DNA from: Comamonadaceae bacterium
GTDB taxonomy: Bacteria > Pseudomonadota > Gammaproteobacteria > Burkholderiales > Burkholderiaceae_C
Assembly (NCBI GenBank): GCA_947455145.1
Contig: CANGME010000011.1
Coordinates: forward strand, 60,182-124,181
DNA length: 64,000 nt
Direction: 5' to 3'
The translations under genes were made by a program, and so were the position numbers. The notes below the pieces were generated by a model that saw only the letters and a list, made by a program, of their open reading frames with translations, had not been told where the DNA came from and made no database searches. This document shows positions 12,034 to 19,747 of the stretch, piece by piece (positions within the stretch are counted from its first letter, which is position 1; every line of letters starts with the position of its first letter).

Positions 12034-13290
12034 GTGAATAATAGTAAAGCGTTTCGTTTGGCGGCCATTGCGGCCGTGATCTCCGGCCCGTTAACTGCAG
12101 CAATGGCCACTGATGGCTATTTTTCGCACGGCTACGGCATGAAGGCCAAAGGCATGGGCGGCGCATCGGCTGCGATGACCGACAACGCTTTTGCCGGCGC
12201 CAACAATCCGGCGGCAGCGGCTTGGGCAGGCAACAGGCTGGAGGTGGGGTTGGATCTGTTTTCGCCAGAGCGCTCTATGGACCGCGCCGGACTGGGCAGC
12301 ACTAAAAGCGACAGCAATCTTTTTTACATCCCCGAGTTTGGCTACAACAAGGCTATTAGCAACAAGCTAGGCGTTGGCATCACGGTGTATGGCAATGGGG
12401 GCATGAATACCGATTACCCAGCGGGGCGGATTCCTGCTAATGGATGCGGGCCTGGTGCGCCTGCATCCAATCTGTTTTGCGGCTCAGGTCGTTTGGGCGT
12501 TGACTTGACGCAATTGATCATTGCGCCAACAGCCGCCTACAAAGTAAGTGATAGCCATTCCTTCGGTGTTTCCCCTTTGATCGTGCAGCAGCAGTTCAAA
12601 GCGGAAGGCCTCGGTGCTTTCGCGGGTCAATCTCAGAACGGTGCGGCATTAACTAACAATGGCTACGACACCAGCAGCGGCTTTGGTGTTCGCTTGGGCT
12701 ATCTGGGCAAGATTAGCAACCAGCTGAGCATCGGTGCTTCATATGCGCCCAAGATTTCCATGTCCAAATTCTCCAAATATGCAGGGCTGTTTGCTGAAGG
12801 CGGCGGCTTTGACATTCCGGAAACCTACACCGTCGGTGCCAGTTTTATGGCTGCATCAAATGTGACCTTGGCCTTGGATTACCAACGCATCAATTACGGT
12901 GATGTGAAGTCAATTGCGAATCCAAGCGCCGGTTTGGGCGGACCACTGGGTGCGGCCAACGGTCCTGGATTTGGTTGGGCCAGCATTAACGTCTGGAAAC
13001 TGGGTGCTCAATGGCAGGCTATGCCTAATTTGACGCTGCGCGCGGGTGTCAATGTGGGAGACAATCCAATCAAGAGCGCAGATGCATCGTTCAATACGTT
13101 GGCACCTGGTGTGATAACGACGCATTACACCTTGGGCGGCACCTATGCCTTGTCCAAAGAGCTTGATATGACTGTCGCTTACATGTACGCGCCGTCTAAC
13201 TCGGTGACAGGTCCCAACCAGGGCGGCTCTACGGACGCCATCAAAATGTCCCAACAATCCCTGGGCATTCAACTCGGCTGGCATTGGTAA
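12034..13290 (+). CDS. FadL/TodX/OmpP1-family outer-membrane channel
   Basis: 418 aa. Signal peptide ending AAMA. N-terminal hatch-like DGYFSHGYGMKAKGMGGAS. Alternating beta-strand pattern with a C-terminal aromatic residue (GWHW). Confidence 0.75.
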   Translation: MNNSKAFRLAAIAAVISGPLTAAMATDGYFSHGYGMKAKGMGGASAAMTDNAFAGANNPAAAAWAGNRLEVGLDLFSPERSMDRAGLGSTKSDSNLFYIPEFGYNKAISNKLGVGITVYGNGGMNTDYPAGRIPANGCGPGAPASNLFCGSGRLGVDLTQLIIAPTAAYKVSDSHSFGVSPLIVQQQFKAEGLGAFAGQSQNGAALTNNGYDTSSGFGVRLGYLGKISNQLSIGASYAPKISMSKFSKYAGLFAEGGGFDIPETYTVGASFMAASNVTLALDYQRINYGDVKSIANPSAGLGGPLGAANGPGFGWASINVWKLGAQWQAMPNLTLRAGVNVGDNPIKSADASFNTLAPGVITTHYTLGGTYALSKELDMTVAYMYAPSNSVTGPNQGGSTDAIKMSQQSLGIQLGWHW

Positions 13291-13330
13291 GCTGATGGGC
13301 CAGCAAGTCTGGCTTCAGGCTTAAAGTCCA

Positions 13331-13364
13331 AAAAGGGCCGAATCTCTGATTCGGCCCTTTTTTT
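13331..13364 (+). terminator. Rho-independent terminator
   Basis: Perfect 10-bp stem GGGCCGAATC/GATTCGGCCC, 3-nt loop, T7 tail. It lies 41 nt after the porin stop. Confidence 0.8.
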
Positions 13365-13432
13365 GATATTTGCAATAACTTTCGTGCAGAGATCGCTTGC
13401 ATACCCAGATTGTTTTAACTAGTCTTACGAGC

Positions 13433-13747
13433 ATGAAAAAACTGATATTTCTCCTGTCCCTAGTTGCTGCCTCGGTCAGTGCCCAGGTGCCTGCCTTTTA
13501 TAAAGAGGCTGATCTCAAGCTTGGCGAGAAGCTGATGATCGATAGCAAGTGCGCCGCCTGTCACCAGCAGAAGGTGGGGGGCGACGGCAGTGCCATATAC
13601 AGGCCCTTGGGTCGAGTCAACACCTCAAGCGCATTGCTCAGCATGGTCGAACGGTGCTCAACCGAACTCAATCTGGGACTCTTCCCGGAGGATGTCGCCT
13701 CGGTAGCTGCGGTACTGAACCGAGATCACTACCGCTTTACCAAATAG
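13433..13747 (+). CDS. Small exported mono-haem c-type cytochrome-like protein
   Basis: Track ORF trimmed to the ATG at 13433. Signal peptide MKKLIFLLSLVAASVSAQ. A single CAACH haem-binding motif. It vaguely resembles DUF1924-type proteins from memory. Confidence 0.55.
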   Translation: MKKLIFLLSLVAASVSAQVPAFYKEADLKLGEKLMIDSKCAACHQQKVGGDGSAIYRPLGRVNTSSALLSMVERCSTELNLGLFPEDVASVAAVLNRDHYRFTK

Positions 13748-13762
13748 TGAACCAGTGGCGGG

Positions 13763-14746
13763 TTACTTAGCCCGTGACACAGATTCCATCGGGCGCTTTT
13801 CTTGAGCCCATTGGTGCATAGAGCCGTCGTACAGCTTGGTTTGCTTGTTGCCCAGCACTTCAGACATCACAAACCAGGTGCCTGAAGCTTGATGGCCGGT
13901 GTTGCAGTAGGCGATGGTGTTGGCTTGGGGGTCGGCGCCACTCATCTTGAATATGTCGCGGTACGTGTCGCTGGTCATCAACCGGGCTGCATCACCGCCT
14001 TGGCTTGACATCAAGGTGGTGGGCACGTTTTTGGCACCTTGTAGGTGGCCATAGGCACTGACTGAGCCCGGCTTGCTCAGGCCCAGAAACGTGGCGTTGT
14101 CGCGCGCGTCGATCAGTTGCGATTTGGCATTGAGCGCTTTTTCCACGTCGTCCGATGTCGCCATCAGCTCGGCGCTGCGGTCGGCTTTGGCAGCCCACGT
14201 TCCCTCACCCGCCTTGACGGGTGCGGTGCTCACATCGCGCCCCTCGCCAATCCAACCTGCCGTGCCGCCATTGAGCACGGCAATGTTGTCCTCGCCGTAC
14301 ACTTTGAATTGCCAGTATAGGCGCGCGGCATCGTTGAAATCAATCGGCTCCATACCGGCAGACACGATCACCACGGGGCGATTGGCTTGGACGCCCCAGG
14401 ACCGCACCAGCTTTTCAAAGTCTGCACGTTCGGGAAGCATGCCGCTGAGTTTGAGGCCATTGATGACGCGTTCGACCCGCACCTTTTTGTTGTCCACCGG
14501 CACCGCATCCGCAATGTGGCCGCCCAGTTCGACCAGAAATTTCTTGCCGGTTTTTTTGTCGGTCTCGAATTCAGGCGTAAGCGTGAACGATTTTTGATTT
14601 GAGCGCACATCGAGTACGGTGACTTCGGCCCGGTTCTTGGCCAGCCACTCACCATCGACGACAGGGCCGGGTACTTGAAGGGCCAGAGCCCACTGGGTCA
14701 GGCCGAGCAGGGCGGCGCCTGCGATATATCGAATCTGCATTTTCAT
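13763..14746 (-). CDS. Periplasmic tandem-rhodanese sulfurtransferase
   Basis: 327 aa. Signal peptide ...LTQWALA. Active-site loop YCNTGHQASG in the C-terminal rhodanese domain. Confidence 0.85.
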   Translation of the reverse strand: MKMQIRYIAGAALLGLTQWALALQVPGPVVDGEWLAKNRAEVTVLDVRSNQKSFTLTPEFETDKKTGKKFLVELGGHIADAVPVDNKKVRVERVINGLKLSGMLPERADFEKLVRSWGVQANRPVVIVSAGMEPIDFNDAARLYWQFKVYGEDNIAVLNGGTAGWIGEGRDVSTAPVKAGEGTWAAKADRSAELMATSDDVEKALNAKSQLIDARDNATFLGLSKPGSVSAYGHLQGAKNVPTTLMSSQGGDAARLMTSDTYRDIFKMSGADPQANTIAYCNTGHQASGTWFVMSEVLGNKQTKLYDGSMHQWAQEKRPMESVSRAK

Positions 14747-15411
14747 GAGGAACTCCTAGATTGAGGTGAAGATGAAACCGGAGCCACAAGTTGCAGGGCA
14801 TCTTGCGGCCAATGAATGAATTTTGAACACCAGACCGCGACCCGGCGGTCGGCCCAGGCCTGTTGGCTGCTGAGGCTGTGACGCGTGCAATAGTGGGCTA
14901 GAGCTTCGTCCCGTTCCAGTAGTAGCTGGCGCAAGTCCTCGGCATAGAAGCGAACCATGTCGGCCAGCCACAGCGCCGCACCAGCCAGCGGCCCGCGTAA
15001 GTTCAATTCGATGGCCTGCAGCTTGCGCGTCAGCGGGTCGGCGTCCATCCAACGTTCGCCAGTGACCCACTGGTTGGGGGCAAACCAGCGCAGAGGAATC
15101 CCTTTGCTGTCCAGGGATAGACCTGTCAGGTGAGACAGTCTGCCTTGAGGGTCGCGTCGGAACAAATGAATATGTCCATGCTCTTGGTTGAGTGGTGCAG
15201 GGGCGCTCTCAGCCGGGTCGTGCGCATGAAAGTAGAACTGCCAATGACCTGTGCTATCCATGGCGTCGTGACGCGGATAATGTTGCCAGATTTCAAAACG
15301 ACGACTGCGCCCGATAAAGGGATGCAGCAGCGAGCGGCCCTGCTGTGCCAAGCGCAATTGACGCCCCAGCGCGCTGCGGGCAGCGTCTTCACGCGAAACG
15401 AGTGTGCTCAC
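14743..15411 (-). CDS. Hypothetical cytoplasmic His-rich protein
   Basis: 222 aa with a GTG start and no signal peptide. Motifs HWQFYFHAH and EHGHIHLF. 4-nt overlap with the rhodanese start. I cannot name a family. Confidence 0.6.
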   Translation of the reverse strand: MSTLVSREDAARSALGRQLRLAQQGRSLLHPFIGRSRRFEIWQHYPRHDAMDSTGHWQFYFHAHDPAESAPAPLNQEHGHIHLFRRDPQGRLSHLTGLSLDSKGIPLRWFAPNQWVTGERWMDADPLTRKLQAIELNLRGPLAGAALWLADMVRFYAEDLRQLLLERDEALAHYCTRHSLSSQQAWADRRVAVWCSKFIHWPQDALQLVAPVSSSPQSRSSS

Positions 15412-15450
15412 TGGGTGCGTTGATCTGGAGTCGATTGGTCTTAGGGCACT

Positions 15451-15753
15451 TTACCGGGTCTTGCCCGCACAAGGGTTGTCACCACCGCTTCTACGGCGTG
15501 ACTTGCCCGCGCAAGGGTTATTGGATTCGTCCCCACCCGAGCGCTTGCGGCTACCGGCACAGGGGTTGCCCGCACAAGGGTTGTCGCTGCGGTTGCGGCG
15601 TTTGGTTGCGGCGCAGGGGTTGCCAGCGGCACAGGGTGCTGCGGTTTTGGCGGGCGCGTCAGCGGCCAGTGCTTGGGGCGCGACGGGTACGGTCAAGAGG
15701 GTCATGGCCAGTGCGGATACCAGCGAACCGAGATGCTTGCGAGAATTTTTCAA
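15451..15753 (-). CDS. Secreted (N/A)PCA-repeat cysteine-rich basic mini-protein
   Basis: 100 aa. TTG start with a GGAG RBS 7 nt upstream. Signal peptide MKNSRKHLGSLVSALAMTLLTVPVAPQALA. The mature part is APCAAGNPCAA..NPCAGNPCAG..NPCAG..NPCAG separated by R/K/S/G spacers. It is co-directional with the operon. Confidence 0.6.
   Translation of the reverse strand: MKNSRKHLGSLVSALAMTLLTVPVAPQALAADAPAKTAAPCAAGNPCAATKRRNRSDNPCAGNPCAGSRKRSGGDESNNPCAGKSRRRSGGDNPCAGKTR
15463..15640. repeat. Six imperfect copies of GC[AG]CA[AG]GG[GT]T (coding repeat of the mini-protein)
   Basis: Read directly, e.g. gcccgcacaagggttg, gcccgcgcaagggtta, ggcacaggggttgcccgcacaagggttg, gcgcaggggttgccagcggcacagggtg. Confidence 0.8.
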
Positions 15754-15806
15754 GTTTCAACTCCAGAGAAAAAACGGATGTGATTGTGATGAGTAAAGCG
15801 CAGCCA

Positions 15807-16385
15807 TCAGGCTAGGGCGCTTTGTCGCGCCCTGCGCTCAAACCAGCCACCCAGATAGAACACGCCAACAGCAGCGGCGACCAGCACGGCTAACACCATC
15901 CATTCGGGCACGCCGAGCAGCTCAGGCAGGCGGTCGCCTTTGGTCAATTCGCCCGCAGTCGTGAGCGGCTCCAGCATAGGGAACAGGCTGGCAAAGGCAA
16001 AGGTGCCGATCAGGATGCCCACTAAAAACACCAATGCATCAATGCGACCAGTCATCACACCGACCGCTGATGTCCCCGGGCAGTAGCCCCCGACGGCAAA
16101 GCCAGCGCCAATCAATACGCCACCAGCGGCCACCGCCCACATGTAAGGAATGGGCACATAGATCGAGGCGGGATCGACCCAGCCTGCCAGCTCTAACACG
16201 TAGATGCCGACAGCGGCAAAAACAATCGCGGTGAACATGACTTTGAACACCGACCAATCAGTCAACCGGAATTGAGCGGTGAGCTTGCAACCACTACCAA
16301 ACCCAGCACGCTCCAGCACAAAGCCAAACCCCAAACCCAACAACAAGCCCACGACGGGACCACTCGCAGTCATCAGACCGTTCAT
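15807..16385 (-). CDS. YeeE/YedE-family half-transporter (PmpB-like)
   Basis: 192 aa, polytopic. Motifs ERAGFGSGCK and GGYCPGTS are typical of YeeE/YedE sulfur-compound transporters. Confidence 0.85.
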   Translation of the reverse strand: MNGLMTASGPVVGLLLGLGFGFVLERAGFGSGCKLTAQFRLTDWSVFKVMFTAIVFAAVGIYVLELAGWVDPASIYVPIPYMWAVAAGGVLIGAGFAVGGYCPGTSAVGVMTGRIDALVFLVGILIGTFAFASLFPMLEPLTTAGELTKGDRLPELLGVPEWMVLAVLVAAAVGVFYLGGWFERRARQSALA

Positions 16386-16915
16386 TTCACACCTCCACCC
16401 GTCAGTCGCGAAACAATCAATCCGGATACAAAAAATGCACCCAAAAATACGAAACCTGCGACGCCCAAGACGGCAGAGCCTGACAAACCAAGTCCACTGG
16501 TACAGCCAGCGGCAATGCGAGCCCCAAACCCTGCAAAAATGCCTCCTGCCAGTGCCTTTAACAAACGCCCAGTCCGCCCCGAGGAGCTGGCCCCCTCAAT
16601 CCGCAAGGCCATGCGCCCGGCCAGTGCCGCTGATATCAAAGCGCCGATGAACACACCCACTACCTGCCAGCTGATCCAGGAAGACAAAACCGAGCCACCT
16701 TCCAACATTGGCCCCAGGTAGTCGTTTGAGGCGGTCCATCCGGGCACAGTTGCGTCACCCAGCCACGCGCTCAGACGGGTGGTGAAACCGGTCGCGCCCA
16801 AACCGTGGCCGGTCAAAACAAAGGTCAATAACAACACCACGCCGAGCGATAGCCCGGCCACTAACGACGACCAATAGGGCTGACGGGGGATTTCACATTC
16901 ATTCAAAATCTTCAT
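16382..16915 (-). CDS. YeeE/YedE-family half-transporter (PmpA-like)
   Basis: 177 aa, polytopic. Conserved AAGCTSG motif. 4-nt overlap with the next half. Confidence 0.85.
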   Translation of the reverse strand: MKILNECEIPRQPYWSSLVAGLSLGVVLLLTFVLTGHGLGATGFTTRLSAWLGDATVPGWTASNDYLGPMLEGGSVLSSWISWQVVGVFIGALISAALAGRMALRIEGASSSGRTGRLLKALAGGIFAGFGARIAAGCTSGLGLSGSAVLGVAGFVFLGAFFVSGLIVSRLTGGGVK

Positions 16916-16942
16916 TTTTTCACCTGGTTTTCAATGGTCGTT

Positions 16943-17434
16943 TCAACTTGATAGTTTTTTGATTGCCGCACGTGCCTGGAGTAATCGCTCGTCCAAATAG
17001 GCACCGTAAAAGTCGGGTATGTATCCGCCCACCATGCGCGCAGCAATCTCCTGCCCGCCTTGGCCAAAGAACAGCACGGTGGGTGCCACCTTGACGCCCC
17101 AAGCACGCCGCATGTCGTCATGGCTCAGGCTGGCTCCGCTGAAGTTCTTCAAAATACGGGTGCTACGCATGTCCACTTGGACGATCGGTAAGCCCTGCTG
17201 CTCGTGCAGCGGACCCAAATAGTTCTCTCTCGCAATCTTGCAAAACGGGCATCCGTCCAGGCTGATCATCACTACCAGGGGCTGTTGCTTTTTCAATGCG
17301 AGTGCCAACTCATCTTGCAAAGAGAGCGCCAAAGGCAGGCTGGCTGGCGCGGCGAATGCTAAGCCACTGGCATAAACACCCGCCGTGGCTGCAAACAATT
17401 GACGTCGTGAAAGTAGTAGGGTCGAAGACATCAC
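16943..17434 (-). CDS. Tat-exported thioredoxin-fold protein (SoxS/SoxW-like)
   Basis: 163 aa. Twin-arginine signal LLSRRQLFAATAG...AFA. Redox motif CPFC. Confidence 0.75.
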   Translation of the reverse strand: MMSSTLLLSRRQLFAATAGVYASGLAFAAPASLPLALSLQDELALALKKQQPLVVMISLDGCPFCKIARENYLGPLHEQQGLPIVQVDMRSTRILKNFSGASLSHDDMRRAWGVKVAPTVLFFGQGGQEIAARMVGGYIPDFYGAYLDERLLQARAAIKKLSS

Positions 17435-18390
17435 CGGGTCTCCTGCTCCATCAGGATGTAGGTGTTGTAGGCATTCATGCGGTTGGCCACCTTGAACAAC
17501 GGCAAATGCTCAAAAGGTGTCCAGTCGGTTGCGGCATAGGCTTCCTCGAAGGGGTCCATATTTTTGGCCGCGCGTTCCATGGCGGCGCGAAGATAGACCA
17601 GATAGTCGCGGGTGAGTTGCATGTCCTTGCGCGCTTCTTCGGAAAATGGACCATGGCCTGGCACGATGATTTGAGCATCAAACGCGAGCAGTTGCTCCAA
17701 GGCTGCAATCCAATGCCTGCTGTCGGCCTGCCCAACATAGGGGATGCGGCTACGAAACACCAGATCGCCTGCAAAGAGTACTTTTTCCTGGGGCAGATAG
17801 ATGACCAAGTCTTCGGGCGTGTGCGATGGCCCCACCGGTTTGATTTTGAAAACAATGCCACCCACAGTTAAATCCTTGGGGCCATCAATCCATTCATCGG
17901 CTTGCACCAGATGGGTGTCGGCATTCACCCAGGGTGCGAGGTCTTTTCTTGATACTTCCAGCCGCAACCGCGCCGTTTCTGAGTTGAGGTATTCACGGGC
18001 TGCCTGGTGGGCCACGATGCGGGCGCCTAGGGCCTTGAACGTCTGAAGGCCATAAACGTGATCGGCGTGGTAATGCGTCACGATGACGTGGGTGATGGGT
18101 AGCGGCGTGACCTTGTGAATCTCCTCCACAAGCCGGGATGCCAATGCAGGTGAACCCAGGGCGTCAATCACGACCACACCGGTTTGGGTCACCACAAAGC
18201 CGGCATTCGAGATGAAATTTTGGTTGGCCGGTGACCCCAGCGCGGAGACGCCTTCCACATACCAGGCCGAAGCCGACACCTTTTTCGCCACCATGGCAGG
18301 CGCATCTTCGGCGCAGGCCAAGGAGGCACTCAAGACGGCCAACGATGCAAGGATGCAGCGCTGCCAAAAATTATTCCTGATCACTGTCAT
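17431..18390 (-). CDS. Exported metallo-beta-lactamase-fold hydrolase (SoxH-like)
   Basis: HxHxDH motif THYHADHVYG. Signal peptide MTVIRNNFWQRCILASLAVLSASLACA. ATG at 18390 is preferred (GGGGAAG RBS) over the track GTG at 18435. Confidence 0.8.
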   Translation of the reverse strand: MTVIRNNFWQRCILASLAVLSASLACAEDAPAMVAKKVSASAWYVEGVSALGSPANQNFISNAGFVVTQTGVVVIDALGSPALASRLVEEIHKVTPLPITHVIVTHYHADHVYGLQTFKALGARIVAHQAAREYLNSETARLRLEVSRKDLAPWVNADTHLVQADEWIDGPKDLTVGGIVFKIKPVGPSHTPEDLVIYLPQEKVLFAGDLVFRSRIPYVGQADSRHWIAALEQLLAFDAQIIVPGHGPFSEEARKDMQLTRDYLVYLRAAMERAAKNMDPFEEAYAATDWTPFEHLPLFKVANRMNAYNTYILMEQETR

Positions 18391-18453
18391 ACAGCTTCCC
18401 CGCAGACTGAATGTGCCACTTTCGCGCAGTGACACTCATTACAAATAAAAAAT

Positions 18454-18487
18454 TTGGGTAGAACGAACATGAAGCTTTTCTGCCCAA
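18454..18487. promoter_or_regulatory. Inverted repeat in a divergent promoter region (candidate operator)
   Basis: TTGGGTAGAA-N14-TTCTGCCCAA (10-nt arms, one mismatch) between the MBL-led operon and the full-length yeeE/yedE gene. Confidence 0.3.
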
Positions 18488-18526
18488 CTTAACAACTTGG
18501 CGCTAATATAAGCTATTGTTGAATTA

Positions 18527-19639
18527 ATGAGAAGCCACATGGATCTGTCAAGTATTCTTGAGCGCTATGGAAATAGTGCGGTTCTGGCCTTGGGCGGGCT
18601 GGTCATCGGTTTTTTGTTCGGTTTTTTGGCCCAACGTTCAAAGTTCTGCCTGCGGGCTGCCGTTATCGAATTTTGGCATCGCAAATTTGGTGAAAAGCTC
18701 TCCGTGTGGTTGCTTGCGTTTTCCAGTGCGGTGGTTGGGGTTCAACTCCTCATCTTGATGCATTCGCTGGATGTCGGTGCAGCACGCCAGATTGCTGCAC
18801 GCGGCAGCCTCTCGGGCGCGTTGATCGGTGGCCTGCTGTTTGGCGCTGGCATGATCATGACGCGGGGTTGCGCCAGCCGTTTGCTGGTTTTGTCAGCCAA
18901 TGGCAATTTGCGAGCGCTGCTGTCTGGGCTGATTTTTGCCGTTACGGCACAAGCGGCACTCTCAGGCGGACTGGCACCTCTGCGCAGCACCATCAGTGCG
19001 TGGTGGACCGTCGAGGGCGGCCCATCGCGTGATCTGCTGGCCATTGCTGGCGTCGGCCACTGGGGTGGGCTCCTGGCTGGACTGGTCTGGTTCGTGGCGG
19101 CTCTGTTTTTTTCCATTCGAAGTGGTGGCGGATTCTGGAAATGGGTGGGCGGCATCGGTACGGGTCTGACGATTGCTGCAGGTTGGTGGTACACCTACCA
19201 AGTCTCGTCCAGTTCGTTCGATGTTGTGCAGGTTCAGGGGTTGACCTTCAGCGGCCCGTCCGCAGAGTGGCTGATGCGTGTGCTGGCGGCGACAAGCCCC
19301 GTGATCGGTTTTGATTTTGGACTGCTGCCGGGTGTGTTTGTTGGCTCCTTCATGGGAGCCTGGTTCGGCAAGGAGCTGAAACTTGAAGGCTTCAATGACG
19401 GCTACAGCATGCGACGCTATATCGGAGGTGCTATCTTGATGGGGTTTGGGTCGATGCTGGCAGGCGGCTGCGCCGTTGGCGCTGGCATGAGTGGTGGATC
19501 TGTTTTTGCGCTGACGGCGTGGATGGCACTCGTTGGCATGTGGGTTGGTGCTGGCATCACTGACCGGTTGATGGACAGTGCGACCTCTAGTTACGAGAAC
19601 CGCGTCAAAGGCTCCATTGCCAACATGAAAGCGCCTTGA
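18527..19639 (+). CDS. Full-length YeeE/YedE-family sulfur-compound transporter
   Basis: 370 aa, polytopic. Conserved Cys motifs SKFCLRAA, TRGCASR, AGGCAVGAG. The start could instead be the ATG at 18539. Confidence 0.85.
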   Translation: MRSHMDLSSILERYGNSAVLALGGLVIGFLFGFLAQRSKFCLRAAVIEFWHRKFGEKLSVWLLAFSSAVVGVQLLILMHSLDVGAARQIAARGSLSGALIGGLLFGAGMIMTRGCASRLLVLSANGNLRALLSGLIFAVTAQAALSGGLAPLRSTISAWWTVEGGPSRDLLAIAGVGHWGGLLAGLVWFVAALFFSIRSGGGFWKWVGGIGTGLTIAAGWWYTYQVSSSSFDVVQVQGLTFSGPSAEWLMRVLAATSPVIGFDFGLLPGVFVGSFMGAWFGKELKLEGFNDGYSMRRYIGGAILMGFGSMLAGGCAVGAGMSGGSVFALTAWMALVGMWVGAGITDRLMDSATSSYENRVKGSIANMKAP

Positions 19640-19747
19640 TCCGCGTTGACAGAGGCGGTAATTAGGGTTTTTGCTAGGTGTTTTTTTTTGTAATGTAAGT
19701 ACATTCGCATTCAGTTATGTTTTGTAGCCATTTGAAAGGGTATCCAC

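Noticed and set aside
15463-15640. Short tandem repeats as a possible CRISPR array or regulatory iterons
   Set aside because: The units are only about 10-16 bp, irregularly spaced and in-frame within an ORF. There are no spacers of uniform length and no cas genes in the window.
15345-15815. Plus-strand ORFs (156 and 130 aa) with PAQGL repeats overlapping the Cys-repeat gene
   Set aside because: They are mirror-frame products of the same DNA repeat. They lack an RBS and a signal peptide and overlap the start of the 14743-15411 gene. They also run against the operon direction. The minus-strand frame has a GGAG RBS, a canonical signal peptide and operon-consistent orientation.
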